Shown piece after piece: positions 39,235 through 54,030 of a stretch of 64,000 bases of DNA. The first letter of the stretch is position 1. The number at the start of each line of letters is the position of its first letter. The notes below the pieces were generated by a model, which worked only from the letters and a program-made list of their open reading frames with translations, was not told the origin of the DNA and searched no databases. The translations under genes were made by a program, and so were the position numbers. Source of the DNA: the human T2T-CHM13v2.0 reference genome, Homo sapiens; NCBI RefSeq assembly GCF_009914755.1, contig NC_060930.1; one strand, written 5' to 3'.

Positions 39235-40064
39235 ATTTTATATCCTGCAACTTTATTAAATTCATGTATTAGTTCTAACAGATATTTTGTGTGGAATCTT
39301 TGGGATTTCTCGCATGTCATCTGCAAATAGGATAGTTTTTCTTCTTTCTTTTCAATGTGAATGCCTTTTCTTTTTCTTACCTGATTTCTCTTGCTCATAC
39401 TTCTAATACTATGTTGAATAGAAGTGGTAAGAGAGAGCATCCTCATCTTAGTAAATTCATCCCTATCTTGGTGGAAAAGCTTTCAGTTTTTCCCCATTGA
39501 TTATAATGTTAGCAGTGGGATTTTTGTAAATATCTTTTCTTATATTGAGGAACTTTCCTTCTATACCTAAACTGTTGAGAATTTTTATCAAGAAAGAATG
39601 TTGAACTTTATCAAATGTATTTTCTGATTTTCAAAAACATATTTTCTGATTTTCAAAAATCAATTAAGATGAGCATATGATTTTTATCTTTTTGTTAATG
39701 TAATGTGTCACATTGATTGATTTGTATATATTAAACCAGCCTTGCATGCCAGGGATAAATCTCACTAGGTCATGGTATATAATCTTTTTGATGTATAATC
39801 TAACAACCATATGTTTGATTTGGTTTGCTAATATTTTATTGAAGATTTTTGCATCAATGTTTATCAGTTATTGGCCTATGGTGTTTTTTATTGCAGTGTC
39901 TTTGGTTTAGGTATCAAGGTGATGCTGGCCTTGTAAAATGTGTTTGGAAGTATACCCTGCAGATAAAATTTTTGCAAGACTTTAGGAAGTATTGGTATTA
40001 ATTCTCTGAATATTTGGTAGAATTCAGCTGTGAAGCTGTTTGGTCCTGGGCTTTCTTTTGTTGA

Positions 40065-40473
<409 letters not shown>

Positions 40474-43400
40474 TAGGCTATATTTTTCTATAAAGCTATT
40501 CATTTCCTCTGGGCTATCTAATTTGCTGGAATATAGTTGTTCATATTAGTCCCTTATGATTCTTTTATTTCTGAGCTATCTGTTGTAATTTCTTTAATTT
40601 TTTATTTCTCTGAGTTTTTTTTCTTAGACTAGCTAAGGGATTGTCGATTTTGTTTATTTTTTCAAAAAACAACTCTTTATTGATTCTATGGTTTTTCTGT
40701 TTGTTATTTGATGATTTTTGTTATGATTGTTATTATTTTCTTTCTTTTGCCAATTTTTAATTTTTTAAATCTTTCTAATTTCTTGAGGTATAAGGTTGGA
40801 CTATTTGAGAATCTTTCTTTTTTAATGTAGGCATTTATTTCTATAAACTTTCCTCTTAGAACTCCTTTTGCTGCATCCCATAGGTTTTGGTATATTGTGT
40901 TTTCATTGTCACTTATCTTAAGATTTTAAAAATTTCTTTTTTGTTTTATTCTTTGACCCACCGATTGTTCAGGACCATGTTGTTTAATTTTCACATATTT
41001 GTGAATTTTTCAAGATTCCTCCTGTTATTCATTGCTAGTTTCATGACATTGTGGTCTAAAACAATACTAGAAATTGTTTTAATCTTCTTAAATTTGTTAA
41101 GACTTGTTTTGTGGGCTAAAATATGGTCTTTGTGGAGAATGTTCCAGGTGTGCTAAAGGAAAATGTGTATTCTGCTGGCATTGGATGAAAACTTCTATAT
41201 ATGTCTATTAGGTCCATTTAGTCAAAAGTACAATATAAGTCTAATATTTCCTTATTAATTTTCTGTCTGGTTGACATATCCATTGTTGAAGAGAGGTACT
41301 GAAGTTCCCTACTGTTGTTGTATGGCTATCTATTTCTTCCTTTATGTCCATTAATAGTTGCTTTATGTATTTAGGAGCTTCAATGTTGGATGCGTATACA
41401 TTTACAATTGTCGTGTCCTCTTGATTGGTCAACCCCTTTGTCATTAAATAATGACCTTCTTTGTCTCTTGTGACAGTTTTTGACACAAAATCTATTTTAC
41501 CAGATAGTCACCCCTGCTCTCTTTTGGTTACTGTTTGCATGGTAACCATTAGCCGTGAGTATGTTCTTTTATTCCTTCACCTTCAGCCTATGTGTGTCCT
41601 TAAGGTTTAACCGGATCTCTTATAGGCAGCATATAGTTGGATCTTGTTTTTCTTATTCATTTAGCCATTCTATGCCTTTTGGCTGTAGAATTTAATCCAT
41701 TTACATTCAAGATTATCTTTGATAGGTAAGAACTTACTACTATCATTTTGTTATTTGTTTTCTGGTTGTTTTGTAGCTTCTTTGTTTGTTTCTCTCTTGT
41801 TGTCTACCTTTGTGATGTGATAATTCTCTTCTATTTGCCCATAAAAAATTAATGAAAATAAAAAATAATAAAAAAGATAATATTCCGTAGTGCTAAGCTT
41901 TAATTCCTTTCTCTATCATTGGTATATCTGCTGTAGTTTGTTTTGTGTTTACTATGATACTTACATAAAACATCTCATAATCAACTATTTTAAGCTGATA
42001 GCAACTTAACTTTTGTCACATACAAAAACTCTAGGTTTTTATTCTCCCCACAATTTATATTTTTGATATAAAAGTTTACATTTTTTATATTGTGTATTTC
42101 TTAACAACTTATTGTAGCTTTAGGTTTTTCTTTTTACCGTTTTAAACTTTAAGCCTCATATTAGAATATGTGTGACTTATTGGAGTGCTCTGAATTTTAC
42201 TATGTGTTTTCTTCTACTTGCAAGTTTATAATTTCATATGTATTTATTACAATAATTACTATCCTTTCATGTTTACTTGAAGAACTTCCTTAAGAATTTC
42301 TTGTAGGGCAGATTTAGTGGTGATAAATTTCTTCAGTTTTTGCCTGTCTAGAAAAGACTTTGTTATTCCTTCATATCTGAAAGACAGCTTTGCTGGGTAT
42401 AGTATTCTTCACTGACAGTTATTTTTCTTTCAGCACTTTATCATCTCATTTTCTCCTGCCCCTCAAGATTTCTGCTGAGAAATCTGATAGTATAATGGAA
42501 ATTTCCTTATATGTGACTGTATGCTTTTTCTTGATGCTTTTAAAATTATTTATCTTTGCCTTTTGACAGTTGGATTATGACATTCTTTGGAGAGGACCTC
42601 TTTGGTTTTATCTGTCTGGTGATCTTCAAGGTTCACAAATCTAGATATCCATATCTCTCCCAGGACTTGGAAAGTTTTCAGCAGTTATTTTATTAAATAA
42701 GCTTTCTGTCCCTTTCTTTGTTTCTTCTCCTTCTAAAATGCCCATAATGCAAAAATTTGTTCACTTAATGGTGTCCTATACATCCCATAAGCTGTCTTTA
42801 CTCTTTTTAATTTTTTTCCTTTGACTGAGTCATTTCAAAGACCTGCACTCGAATTCACAAATTCTTTCCTGCTTGATATCATCTGTCATTGAATCTCTCT
42901 ATTGTATTTATTTTATTGATTGAATTATTCAGCTCTAAGATTTCTGTTTTTTTAATGATGGTTATCTCTTTGTTGAATTTCTCATTTAGATCATACATTG
43001 TTTTTCTAATTTCATTGAATTGTCTATTTGTATTTTCTCTTATCTAAGTTTTCTAATGATTATTATTTTGAATTTCTTTGCAGGCAACTTATACATTTCT
43101 GTTTCTTTGGGGTCAGTTACTGGAGAATTATGGTGTTCCTTTGATGATGTCATGTTTCCTTGCTTTTTCATGTTTCTTGTGTCCGTGCATTGATGTCTGT
43201 GCCTCTGATGGTGCAATTACTTCTTCAAAACTAAAGTGACTTTCACAGGAGAAGACTTTTATCAGCAGAGGGACATGAAGGTGTTAGTTGGGCAGAAGTG
43301 GTGGCTCTGGTTTCATGTTGGCACACTGATGTAGCCTCCATTCAGCTTCCTCAGTTGTGATCAATTTTAGCAACAACTGTGAGTGCCTTCGTGGTCTAAG

Positions 43401-45309
43401 TGGCAGGAGTTTATGGCAGTGACAGGGGCTATGTAGGTTATTAGGTCAGGGGCTTTATTTATCTTCCTGTTCTTGTCTTCCCAGAGTGGGGAGTCTTGGT
43501 GAGGAGATCTCTTTTGGGGTTAGGTCTGACACAGCCCACAGGCAGCCACAGTGGCACTAGGATCCAGGGCAAAACTGCCCAGAGCAGCTATGAAGCTGGT
43601 TTCCTGGGCTCAGGATCTTATGAAACTACTGTAATGCCTTGGACTTGAGGTACGGGTTCACTTTCTAAGACATTAGTGGTTGTAGTTCTCCCACTAAGCC
43701 AGGGTGTGTTGCTCTGAGAAACAGCCCAGAAGTTCAGGTTCAGAGGGCTGAGATATAACTATAGACTAACCCTGGGGGTAGGGTGCAGCACTGACACAGC
43801 TCTGGGGGAAAAGGGGTACTCTGGAGACTCAGGCCCTGGGAAGCAGGGCACAGCTGCAATTCAGCACCCAGAAACAGTGGAGCATGGTGGCATCTCAGGC
43901 TCTGGGAGATGAGGTACTACACAGTGGTGACTCTGGATTCTAGGATGGTGGGGCACGGCAGTAGTCCAGGCTCTGTGAGGCCAGGTGCAGCATCAGCAAG
44001 GACCCAGGAATGGCAAGATGCTGCGGGGGCTTGCTCGTCAGGAGAAGGGAAGCAACACAGCAGTAACTCCACTCCTGGAAGAGGTGAGGCACCTCAGTAG
44101 CTCAGACAGCAGGGAACTAGTCCAGTTTCAGGTAGGTGGGTCACTGTGTCTGTTTGGCCTGGAGGGTGGGGCAGAGCTCTGCTAAGGCTCCAATTCCCTT
44201 TAATGTGAGATACTGCTTTTTCTTGGCCCCAGAAATCATGGCTACACAGGTTGGTGGAGCCTCTGGATCACTGGTGGGGGCAGAGTACCATGCCAGCTGT
44301 GACACTAGGGGTTGCAACTGTTCTAGTGTGCTGGAGGCTTGGAGTCCCTGTGGGAAGGGTGCTGCACATGGTGAGGGGTTCAACTGCTTCAGCTTTCAGG
44401 AGACCTGAAATCCTCAGGGAATGGACATCAACTCAGCTCAGCCCTCAGGGGAGGGTGCACAGTGACTGGAATGGCAGGGATTTGGCACCTCTATAGTAGC
44501 TTGGCCCTAGGGGACAGAGCACAGCAGCAGCTCAGCTCAGGGATAATGTGCCTCCAGGTGGGTGTGTTGCAGGGACAGCAAAGCCTCAGAGATGGAGTGG
44601 TGCAGTGACTGCTCACCCCAGAGCAGAATACACTCTAGCAGTGGCTCCAGTTTCAAGATGGCATGGCACAGTAGCAGCATAGGTCACTGGGAGAGGGGCA
44701 GGGCAGCATCAGCTCGTACTCTGGGGATTAAATTAACTGTGGACCCTGGGCCTGTCCCTCAGCTGGGCTCAGAGTCTGTGTGGACTATAGGAATCTCCTG
44801 ATAGTGAAGACTGCAAGTGTCTGCACTGGCAGTGGGGGCTGCTGGGTACTCTTGCTTTTCTTTTCACTACAGGAAGGAGTCTCTCCTGGTTCCAAGCTGA
44901 TATCAACTAGGGAGATGGAGTGGCAAAGGCAAAGTGTTTTCTCCTCTTTTCTTTGCATCCATTCCAGGTTTTTGTGCTGTCCAGAATTTCTGTTGCTTCT
45001 CCGTTATTCTCTGGAGCTCTCCTTCATTTTGGTCAGAATAAAGTTGTTTATTCATGGGGTTTCTTTTTTGTGATGGAGAGGTATATTAGGAGCTTCCAGT
45101 TGGCCATTTTGCTGACATCACTCCACAATTTGACTTCTTTCATGGCCTCATCTCATCATTCCTATTTTGTCTATTTTTCCTGCTTCCTTCTACACTTATT
45201 GAACATTTGTTTTGGTTTAAGTTTTATGCATCTATTAACTTGCCTTAAATCCTTTTGAGACAAATATATACATACATGAACATCATCATGCAAATGTATT
45301 CACCTCTTA

Positions 45310-45790
45310 TTGTCTTCTCCTCCCTTTCCTACTGTAACTGCCTCAGCCCAGGTGCTCATGCATTGCTGTTATTCAAATAATCTCCCTACTGGTAAATTCT
45401 TGCTTCTGGTTGTGATCCCCAATTCATCCTCCACACAGCTGCCAGGATAATCTTTCTAACATGCAGACCTCATGAGACCACTCTTCTGCTCAAAATTCCT
45501 CAACACTCTTCTCAACATCTGCAGAATAAACCTAACTCTTGCCTTTCATGGCATACAAGACCCTCCCTCCACAGCAGCTAACCCCTGCCTGCCTATCTGT
45601 TCAGCCTCATTTCTCACTTCTTCTTTCCCTCCATATACCCCAACAAACCCCTTCTGACATTCCAGAAATGACAGAAACACCAGACCATCTGTTTCCATTG
45701 CCCCTTGTCCACTTGCCACACCCCTACCATCCCTTGAGGCTCATGTCAAAAACACCTCCTCTGTGAAGTCTTCCCTTGTTCTCCAGGCAG
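45310..45790 (+). mobile_element. L2 fragment
   Basis: ATTCATCCTCCACACAGCTGCCAGGATAATCTTTCTAACATGCAGA...CTCTTCTGCTCAAAA. Confidence 0.65.
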
Positions 45791-46253
45791 ACTGTGATGC
45801 TCCAGCTGTAACACAACCAGGGCTTAACAACTTTGACCACAATGCCAGACAAAGTGTGAGGAGATTTAGGACCCTGAAGACTCATATTTAAATGTCCTCA
45901 GAGCTAAAATGTCTTAAGAAAGCTAAAAATAAGGAAACCCCAAGCAGGCAGTGAAAACAGCTAGCTGGATAAGGAAAGGTATCCACTCTTCCCCTCACCT
46001 CTTAGGAGGTGTGATTTAAATACAGGAGTCAAGGATTGCAAAAACCCAGATGAAAAGGAGGACCCCCTTCCCCTCACCACCATGTCATAACATGAATCTG
46101 CTTGGTCATATACTGCTGCAGCTTCTATACCCAGTCAGAAGTCAGGACATTATGCTACTTCAGCCTGCATGAGATAGTTTCAGTGACGTGGACCTGAATT
46201 ATTGATCTGGTAACTTCAACACTCTTAAGGTAGTAAATTTGCTTGCCTTGCAA

Positions 46254-46500
46254 CAGTGACCCTCAAAATGTGGTCTCTGAACCAGCAGCATCAGCATCGC
46301 TCAGAACTTATGGAAATGCAGATTCTCAGGCCTCCCCCACAGTCCCAAGGGTCAGAACCTCTGCAGGTGAGGTCCACTATGCTGCATGTTAACAAGCCTC
46401 CAGGTGATTTTCATGCACTGCATGAATGCAGAGGTTCTCAGCCTTAGCTGCTCATTAGAGTCACCTGGGGAGCTTTAAAACAATGCTAGCTCCCAGAGTT
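46254..46500. mobile_element. MER5A plus an adjacent MER5 fragment
   Basis: CTCAAAATGTGGTC...CCAGCAGCATCAGCATC...GAAATGCAGATTCTCAGG...AACAAGCCTCCAGGTGATT. Confidence 0.8.
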
Positions 46501-46908
46501 GAGACTCACCACCTAATGGGTATCTTTTCCACCCTAAGTAGTCTTAGAAGAAATAGTGAGACAAATCAAACCCATGGCATTAATGCTTTAGGATTAGTCA
46601 AGGAATCTGTTTTGCAAAAATGCGGACAATCTGTGAATTTGATATTTAATGGGTTTTTATTACAAATTAAATATCTGAAGGAATCTCATAAATCTTGAAA
46701 ATTGCAAATTAAATCTCGAAATTCTTAATTTTTTAAAAGTATGCATTGTGCAGAATTTTAAATAAATACAAAAATGTATGGCATAGTCTAATGAACCCCA
46801 TGAACCCATCACCCAGCTTTAACAACTCCAGGACAACTCAAGGACAATACTTCCCCATCTAAATCTGCTTCTCCTTTTCCATTTAATTTAAAAGCAAATC
46901 CCAGGTAT

Positions 46909-47730
46909 TATATATGTGTATATATGTATATATATGTATATATGTATATATGTATATATGTATATATGTATATATGTATATATGTATATGTGTATATGTA
47001 TATATGTATATGTGTATATGTGTATATGTATATATGTATATGTGTACATGTGTATATGTATATATGTATATGTGTACATGTGTATATGTATATATGTATA
47101 TGTGTACATGTGTATATGTATATATATGTATATTTGTACATGTGTATATGTATATATATGTATATGTGTACATATGTATATATGTATATATATGTATATG
47201 TGTACATATATGTATATATGTACATATATGTATATGTGTACATATATGTATATATGTACATATATGTATATATGTATATATGTACATATATGTATATATG
47301 TGTATATGTATATATGTACATATATGTATATATGTATATATGTACATATATGTATATATGTACATATATGTATATGTGTACATATATGTATATATGTACA
47401 TATATGTATATATGTATATGTGTACATATATGTATATATGTATATACATATGTATATACATGTATATGTATATACGTATATATGTATATATGTATATATG
47501 TATATATGTGTATATATGTATATATGTACATATATGTATATATGTACATATATGTATATATGTACATATATGTATATATGTACATATATGTATATATGTA
47601 TATATGTACATATATGTATATATGTGCATATATGTATATATGTACATATATGTATATATGTATATATGTATATATGTGTATATATGTACATATATGTATA
47701 TATGTGTATACGTTTGTGTGTGTATATATA
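46909..47730. repeat. Complex (TA/TG/CA)n alternating purine-pyrimidine simple repeat, ~820 bp
   Basis: Arrays of TATATG, TATATATG and TACATATATG units, embedded in an old L1M-like fragment. Confidence 0.99.
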
Positions 47731-48479
47731 ACTTAATAACATCAAGTCTTGTCAGTGTTCAAATTTTTCATTGCCTCATGAATACTATGAAATTTTTGTA
47801 AGCTTTTTAATCAGGAAGCAAGTAAGAATCACACATGATTGGTTCTTTAGCTTTTTAATCTATGTGTTACAATTCTATATTTTAAAAATCCCCTTGCCAT
47901 GTATTTGTTAAAGAAGTCAATTTAAGCTGGTTGATTTTAGGTCTATGATTTTAAGGTTGAAAGTTGTAAAATTATTTGACTAAGTTTGGTGAAAATGTCA
48001 GTATTGGCTGATTTATAAATTACATATAATCAATTTGCCACCGTTTTAAATAGCTGGGAAGGTTTTCTTTTTAGGACCAGAAGTTCCCCTATTAGACATT
48101 TGGAGACCTTAGAGAGAGAAAAAAAATTACATTTATAAATATAGTTTAAAATATTTAGTAAATTTAGCTAAGTGTGTAAATTAGACATTATTCAGAGAGA
48201 ATTAAATCTGTTCAACTTGAATGGATGGAACATTATTCAAAAGCCTAATGGAAAGTGGTTGTTTTATTTTTATTTAAAATTTATTAGATTTGTAAATAGA
48301 ATAACAAGAGTTGTAGTTGAGGGCAGACATAGGCAAACGATCAAAATATTTTGTTTCAAAAATTAATTTGAAAGCCAAGTAACTGTAAATAGTTCTTTCT
48401 GCACACACAGAAACTCATGCTGATATTTTAAGCACACTTCAATTATAGTAATTACTGTATTGTGCTATAATGGTTTGTG

Positions 48480-48915
48480 TCCTCCCATGTCGCCCTGCGT
48501 CATTGTAAAGTCTGGGCTTCTTGCAAGCTGAGAGTTTCTGACCTTAGTCCAGTTCCTGTGGTGAACCTGAGGAAGTGCTGCCCAGCTCCCCCACTTCAAT
48601 GTCACCCCAACTTCTGGAGGTGCTATCAGCCCATTCAGGGACTGCTGCTACTGCAGAGAGCCACCTGCCCAAAGTCATGCCCCCAGGGGAGCCCACACAC
48701 CACGTGCCTGATGAATGTGGGTGGGGAAATAACACTGAAATGCCAGAGCTCCAGGCTGTCCCTGGCCTGCCTCACAGCTCAGCTTCTCCCTCTGCCCAGT
48801 CTGCCTCTTCCCCTCCCTACCATAAGGGTTGACTCCCAGGGCCTTCCTAATAAACATGCCACATACTATACTCTCTTATCTCAGAGCCTGCTTCCTGGAA
48901 CACCAAACTGCAACA
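48480..48915 (+). mobile_element. LTR16-like ERVL LTR
   Basis: GAGAGCCACCTGCCCAAAGTCATGCCCC...CTAATAAACATGCC...CAGAGCCTGCTTCCTGGAACACCAAACTGCAACA. Confidence 0.7.
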
Positions 48916-49168
48916 GCACCTGACACACAGATACAAAAAGCATGAGATAATTATTTACAGATCAGGAAGGAAAATCTGATAAAAGTGTAAGAGATTCAGG
49001 GTCCCCACATGAGCACTAATTAACCCTAGCAAGCTATGGTCAGATCTTACTTGCGGTTGATGCCACACACACTGGGTTAGGCACTGGGGTCAGCACTGCA
49101 GGAGGAAGGGAAGGCAGGTTCCATGACTCCTGGAAGCTTTGGTTTTGCATGATTCTCTATTCCTTTTC

Positions 49169-49523
49169 TGCCTTAGTCACTTTGGCCTGCTATAACAAAT
49201 ATACCGCAGACTGGGTGGCTGAAACAACATTTATTTCTGACACTTCTAGAGGCTCACAAGTCCAAGATCAAGGTGCTAGCAGATCCTGTCTGGTGAGGGC
49301 CACTTCCTGATTTGCAGATGGTTGTCTTCTCATTGTATCCTCAGTTGGGAGGGAGCAGAGAGAGAGATATCATGTCTCCTCTTTTTATGAGGGCATTAAT
49401 CTTATTCAGGAGGGATCATGACCTAAGCATCTCCTAAGGGTCCCACCTTCAAATACCATCACAATGATGAGATGTTTTCAACATATACATTTGGAGGGGG
49501 ACACAAATATTTGGTCTATAGCA
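49169..49523 (-). mobile_element. MLT1A-like MaLR LTR
   Basis: CTGCTATAACAAATATACCGCAGACTGGGTGGCT...GTCTATAGCA. Confidence 0.85.
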
Positions 49524-49865
49524 CTGCCCATTCCCTCAGAGAAAGGTCCAACTTCCCCAGCCTCTATATTATCTGATTTCAACACCTGAAGAGCCTGCAT
49601 GTCTTTAAACCCAGATTTAGTCTAAGCCTAATGAATTCCAGAGACTCCCCTCACTGACTCTGGGTCTCCAAATCCATTCTCCAGGCTCTTTGTGAAGTCA
49701 GTTTGAGGCATCCTTCATGGCCCAAGTTTTCCACTTCCTCACTTCTCCCATGCCTCAACTCCTTCCTTACCTCTCACTTCCTTACCTCTAAACCACACCC
49801 TCTGATAACCAGATTTGGAAATGCACAGTGTGCTAGATCAGACTTCCACTGAGTCTATTACACAG

Positions 49866-50218
49866 CATCTTGGTCCGTTTAGGCTGCTATAACAAAATAC
49901 CATAAACTTCGTGGCTTGTAAACAACAGAAACTTATTTCTCATAGTTTTAGAGGCTAGGACATCCAAGATCATGGCACTGGCAGATTCAGTGTCTGGTGA
50001 AGGCCCACTTTTTGTTCACAGATGGTGCCTCCTTGTTGGATCCTCCTGTGGAAGAAGGAAGCTCTCTGGGGTCTTTTTCATAAGGACACTAATCGCATTC
50101 ATGAGGGCTTTGCCCTCACAAGCTAATTACCTCCCAAAGACCCTACCTTCTAATATCGTTACACTAGTGATTGGGTACTAACATAGGAATTTTGGAGCAA
50201 CACAAATATTCAGATCAT
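49866..50218 (-). mobile_element. MLT1A0-like MaLR LTR
   Basis: GTCCGTTTAGGCTGCTATAACAAAATACCATAAAC...ACACAAATATTCAGATCAT. Confidence 0.85.
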
Positions 50219-50939
50219 GTGATGGGGCTCTCCATTAGAAACCCATACTATTGCAGGCATCTATACTTTTTTTGTTCAATAGATACATGAAGACAAACTA
50301 GGAAGCTTGAAAATAGATCAAGAAAATTCCTTTGTGAATATATGAGTTGCCAGAAGAATCAGAGAAAGGCCAACACGTGAGACCCATTTTAAAACAAATC
50401 ATTAAACAAAAGTATCATTAAAGGGAAAACAATCTCAGTGGGTATATTAAGCAGGTTCAATTCTCAAAGAAAGCTCCTCCCATACCCAGGAAAACCAAAC
50501 CAACTTGTTAATTTTTTAGACTTTACAGGTAAAGATAGGAATTTTTAAGTGGCCAAGATGAAAAAAGATACTAAAAGTTGGAAGAATTAAAACAAATCTA
50601 CCCCTTTTTCTCAGACTGCAGGACAAGAGCATTGCTCAGGAAGAAACCACTAGAAAGCACAGAGATCTGAAACTCTCCATCCCTGCCAGGCCAGGCACAG
50701 CCAGGAGGAGAATATTCCCAGGTGGGAAGATGATTACAGGAAGCAATGGAGAGCCAGGAGCATATAAGTAACTAAGCAAAGAGAGAGAAAGTATAGAGAT
50801 TTTAGAAGAGGCAACTTTGATTGTATCAACTTTGTTCATATCAATACTTAATCACATAAACACCATTAGGAAATTACATGCACTAAGAGACTGCAAGGTG
50901 TAAAGATTAGCTTTTTACCATTTTACTGCAAATATCTAA

Positions 50940-51272
<333 letters not shown>

Positions 51273-51699
51273 CACTTAATTGTTTAAATTTCTTTAACTT
51301 TGTAATATTTTTACACCCTTTAATATTTCAGTCTACCTTTTTGGACAAGGCAAGATATAAATTATTTAAAATATATTATTCCATAAAGTAGTTCAGACTC
51401 CCAAGATATAAATACGAATATGAATGGAAATTAAATAGAGGAGAGACAACTTTGGACACTAAGCTCATATGTCATACAGAAAGGGACTCACCCTGTGCTT
51501 TGCCCCTTCCATACACATTTACAGTGAGTTTTGCATTCACTTGGCTCACAGCAAAAATAGATAAATGGGAGAAAGTCCCATCCCCAATGAGATTATTTAA
51601 AAAGTCAGTAAGTGAGAAAGGAAATATTTTTCTTTTGTATTTATTATAATTTAGTAGGAGAATTATTCTCAGTTACATGGTAATAAAGTTGACATCTAA

Positions 51700-52830
51700 C
51701 TGGAAATGCATACTCTTCCAAACATGTTTTTAAATTCCAAGAACTAATGTGAAAAGAAAGTGAACACAGCCAGACTAATAACAGAATAAGAAATGGTAAG
51801 CATTGCTATTAAAGATTTATTCCACACCAGGAAACTACTCTAGATGGATTCCCTAGGTGGCTTTCTTAATTTCCAAAAAATTAAGGATATCTGAGTTCTA
51901 AGAATATAAAAAAGAATGTAAGTTAACTTTTTTTGAGGCAAATACAGACTAATTCTCAAATCTGACAGATACCAACCATGAAGGCAAGCTAGAACAATTC
52001 ACTTTGGGAAAACAGATACAAAAATCCCAAATAAAACTTAGAAAATAAAAATAAGCACCTTATGAGAATAATTTACTAAACCCAAACCAGGTTTAATCAT
52101 GGAATTCAAAGCTGTTATATAAATATGAAAAACCTCAATAATTGGTCATATTAGAAAAACAAAATAGCAAGTATCATTATGTTATCTTAGCATGTGTCAG
52201 AAATAACCTCTGGTGTATTTAAAAATGCACTTTGTTTACAATTTTGTAAAGATTAGATGTATAGATTTCTTCTTTAGATTATTTAAATTATTTAAAAGTC
52301 ATCATCCCATTTCAAACTACATATATTGTTTCAAATGCAAGACATATTACACATGTTGGAGAAGCGTTAAAGTCATTTTCTTAAAAACAAAAAATAAAAC
52401 AAAGATGTCTTCTTTACTGTATCTATTTAATAAAGTACCAGAGGAACTTATAATAACTATTGGAGAAGGAAGACTATAAAAGACATAAACATATGAGAAA
52501 AAGGAATAAAAATATTGCTTTTCACTGATGACCTAGAAAATCAAAAGAAATCAACCAAAAAAAATTAGAGGTAATAAATGAATTTTGTAGAGTTATGGGA
52601 TTTAAGATGCCTCGAAAATCAATTGTGTTCTATACCAGTAGCACACTGAAAAGAAAATGAAAACAAAGAGCCCATTTATGGTAATAAACAAATTTGAATA
52701 TCAACATGGCCCATAAAAGATTTATTCAAATAACATTATAAATATTTAATGGCAAAAAGAAGACATTAATGGCTGGAGAGAGAGAACTACCTTATGTCTA
52801 GGAATACCAAATGCAGTAAGATAACAGTGC
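51700..52830 (+). mobile_element. Highly degraded L1M ORF2 fragment
   Basis: A-rich sequence with L1-like motifs (ACAGATACAAAAATCCCAAATAAAA; CTAGAAAATCAAAAGAAATCAACC). Confidence 0.55.
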
Positions 52831-53369
52831 ACCTCTATTTGCTCTCAGCTTCACTAGTGCTTGCTCCCTGTCTACTGAGGTGTGACAAGGTCATTGTAAA
52901 AGGAGCACCTCCTTGATACCCGGCATTGTGGATACAGCCATCAATTCTGTGAACTTCCTGCTTTGTTTATTTCTTCATCACCTTCTCTGTCTAACCTTTT
53001 CAGTTCTGATTCTCAATCATTGAATTTCAGGTCCCAATTTTTTGCTCATTTTTTTCTGCTTATTCATTTTGAGACATCCCCTCTTGCTGAGCTATTCCTA
53101 TTGTTAGACTCCAGTGGTAGCCATCTTGATTGGTCAGCCTACAAATACTCGTTTCTTGGGCTAGAAGTGCCCCCAGTGCACTTCAACAATATAAATGTGA
53201 GATTGAATTCTGTTGAGTTAAAATTCCACGAAATATCTTAGAGTGGAATCCAATTGGAATAATGAATAAGGAAGAAATAATTTTTAAAAGATAATAAGGT
53301 GTGCATTTATGTTTTATGCTCCTCTCTGTGTATTATATTTCACTATTAAAAATATTTAAGAAAGACATA

Positions 53370-54030
53370 GCACTACCATAGGATCCAGCAATCCCACTAC
53401 TGGGTATTTATCCAAATAAAAGGAAAACAGTACATCAAAGGGATACCTGCATTCCCACGTTAATTGCAGCATTATTCACAATAGCCAATAAATGGAATCA
53501 ACCTACATGTCCATCAGCAGATGAATGGATTTTTAAAATGTGGTATGTATACAAAATGAAATACTCTGCAGCCACAGAAAAAAAATAAATTTTGTCATTT
53601 GCACCAATATGAACAGAAGTGAAGGTCATTATGTTAAGTGAAATATGCCAGGCACAGAAAGACGAATATCACGTTTTCACTCATATGTGGGAGCTAAAAA
53701 TGTTAATCTCATGGAGGTACAGAGTAGAATGATAGTTACCAGAGACTGGGAAGGGTATATCTGTAGTGGGACAGGACATGAAAAGTGGTTGGTTAATGGG
53801 TACATACAGTTAGAAGGAATACGTTCTAATGTTCGATACCACAGAAAAGTGACTGTAGGTAATGACAACATATTGTATATTTCAAAATAGCTAGAAGGTT
53901 TGAAATGTTTCCAATACAAGAAATAAGTGTTCGAGGTGCTGTATATCCTATTATCCTTATTTGATCATTACACATTGTATGCATGTATCAAAATATCATG
54001 TGTCCCATAAATATGTATAAATAATGAAAA
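53370..54030 (+). mobile_element. L1MA 3' end
   Basis: ACTACCATAGGATCCAGCAATCCCACTACTGGGTAT...TTGATCATTACACATTGTATGCATGTATCAAAATATCA. Confidence 0.9.

Noticed and set aside
46883-47801. Six long ORFs (225-295 aa) rich in Y, I, H, T, M, C and V
   Set aside because: Artefact of the alternating RY repeat, which cannot contain stop codons.
49169-50218. Two same-orientation MLT1A LTRs as the ends of one provirus
   Set aside because: They differ substantially, the ~340-bp spacer does not look like MaLR internal sequence, and no shared TSD is visible.
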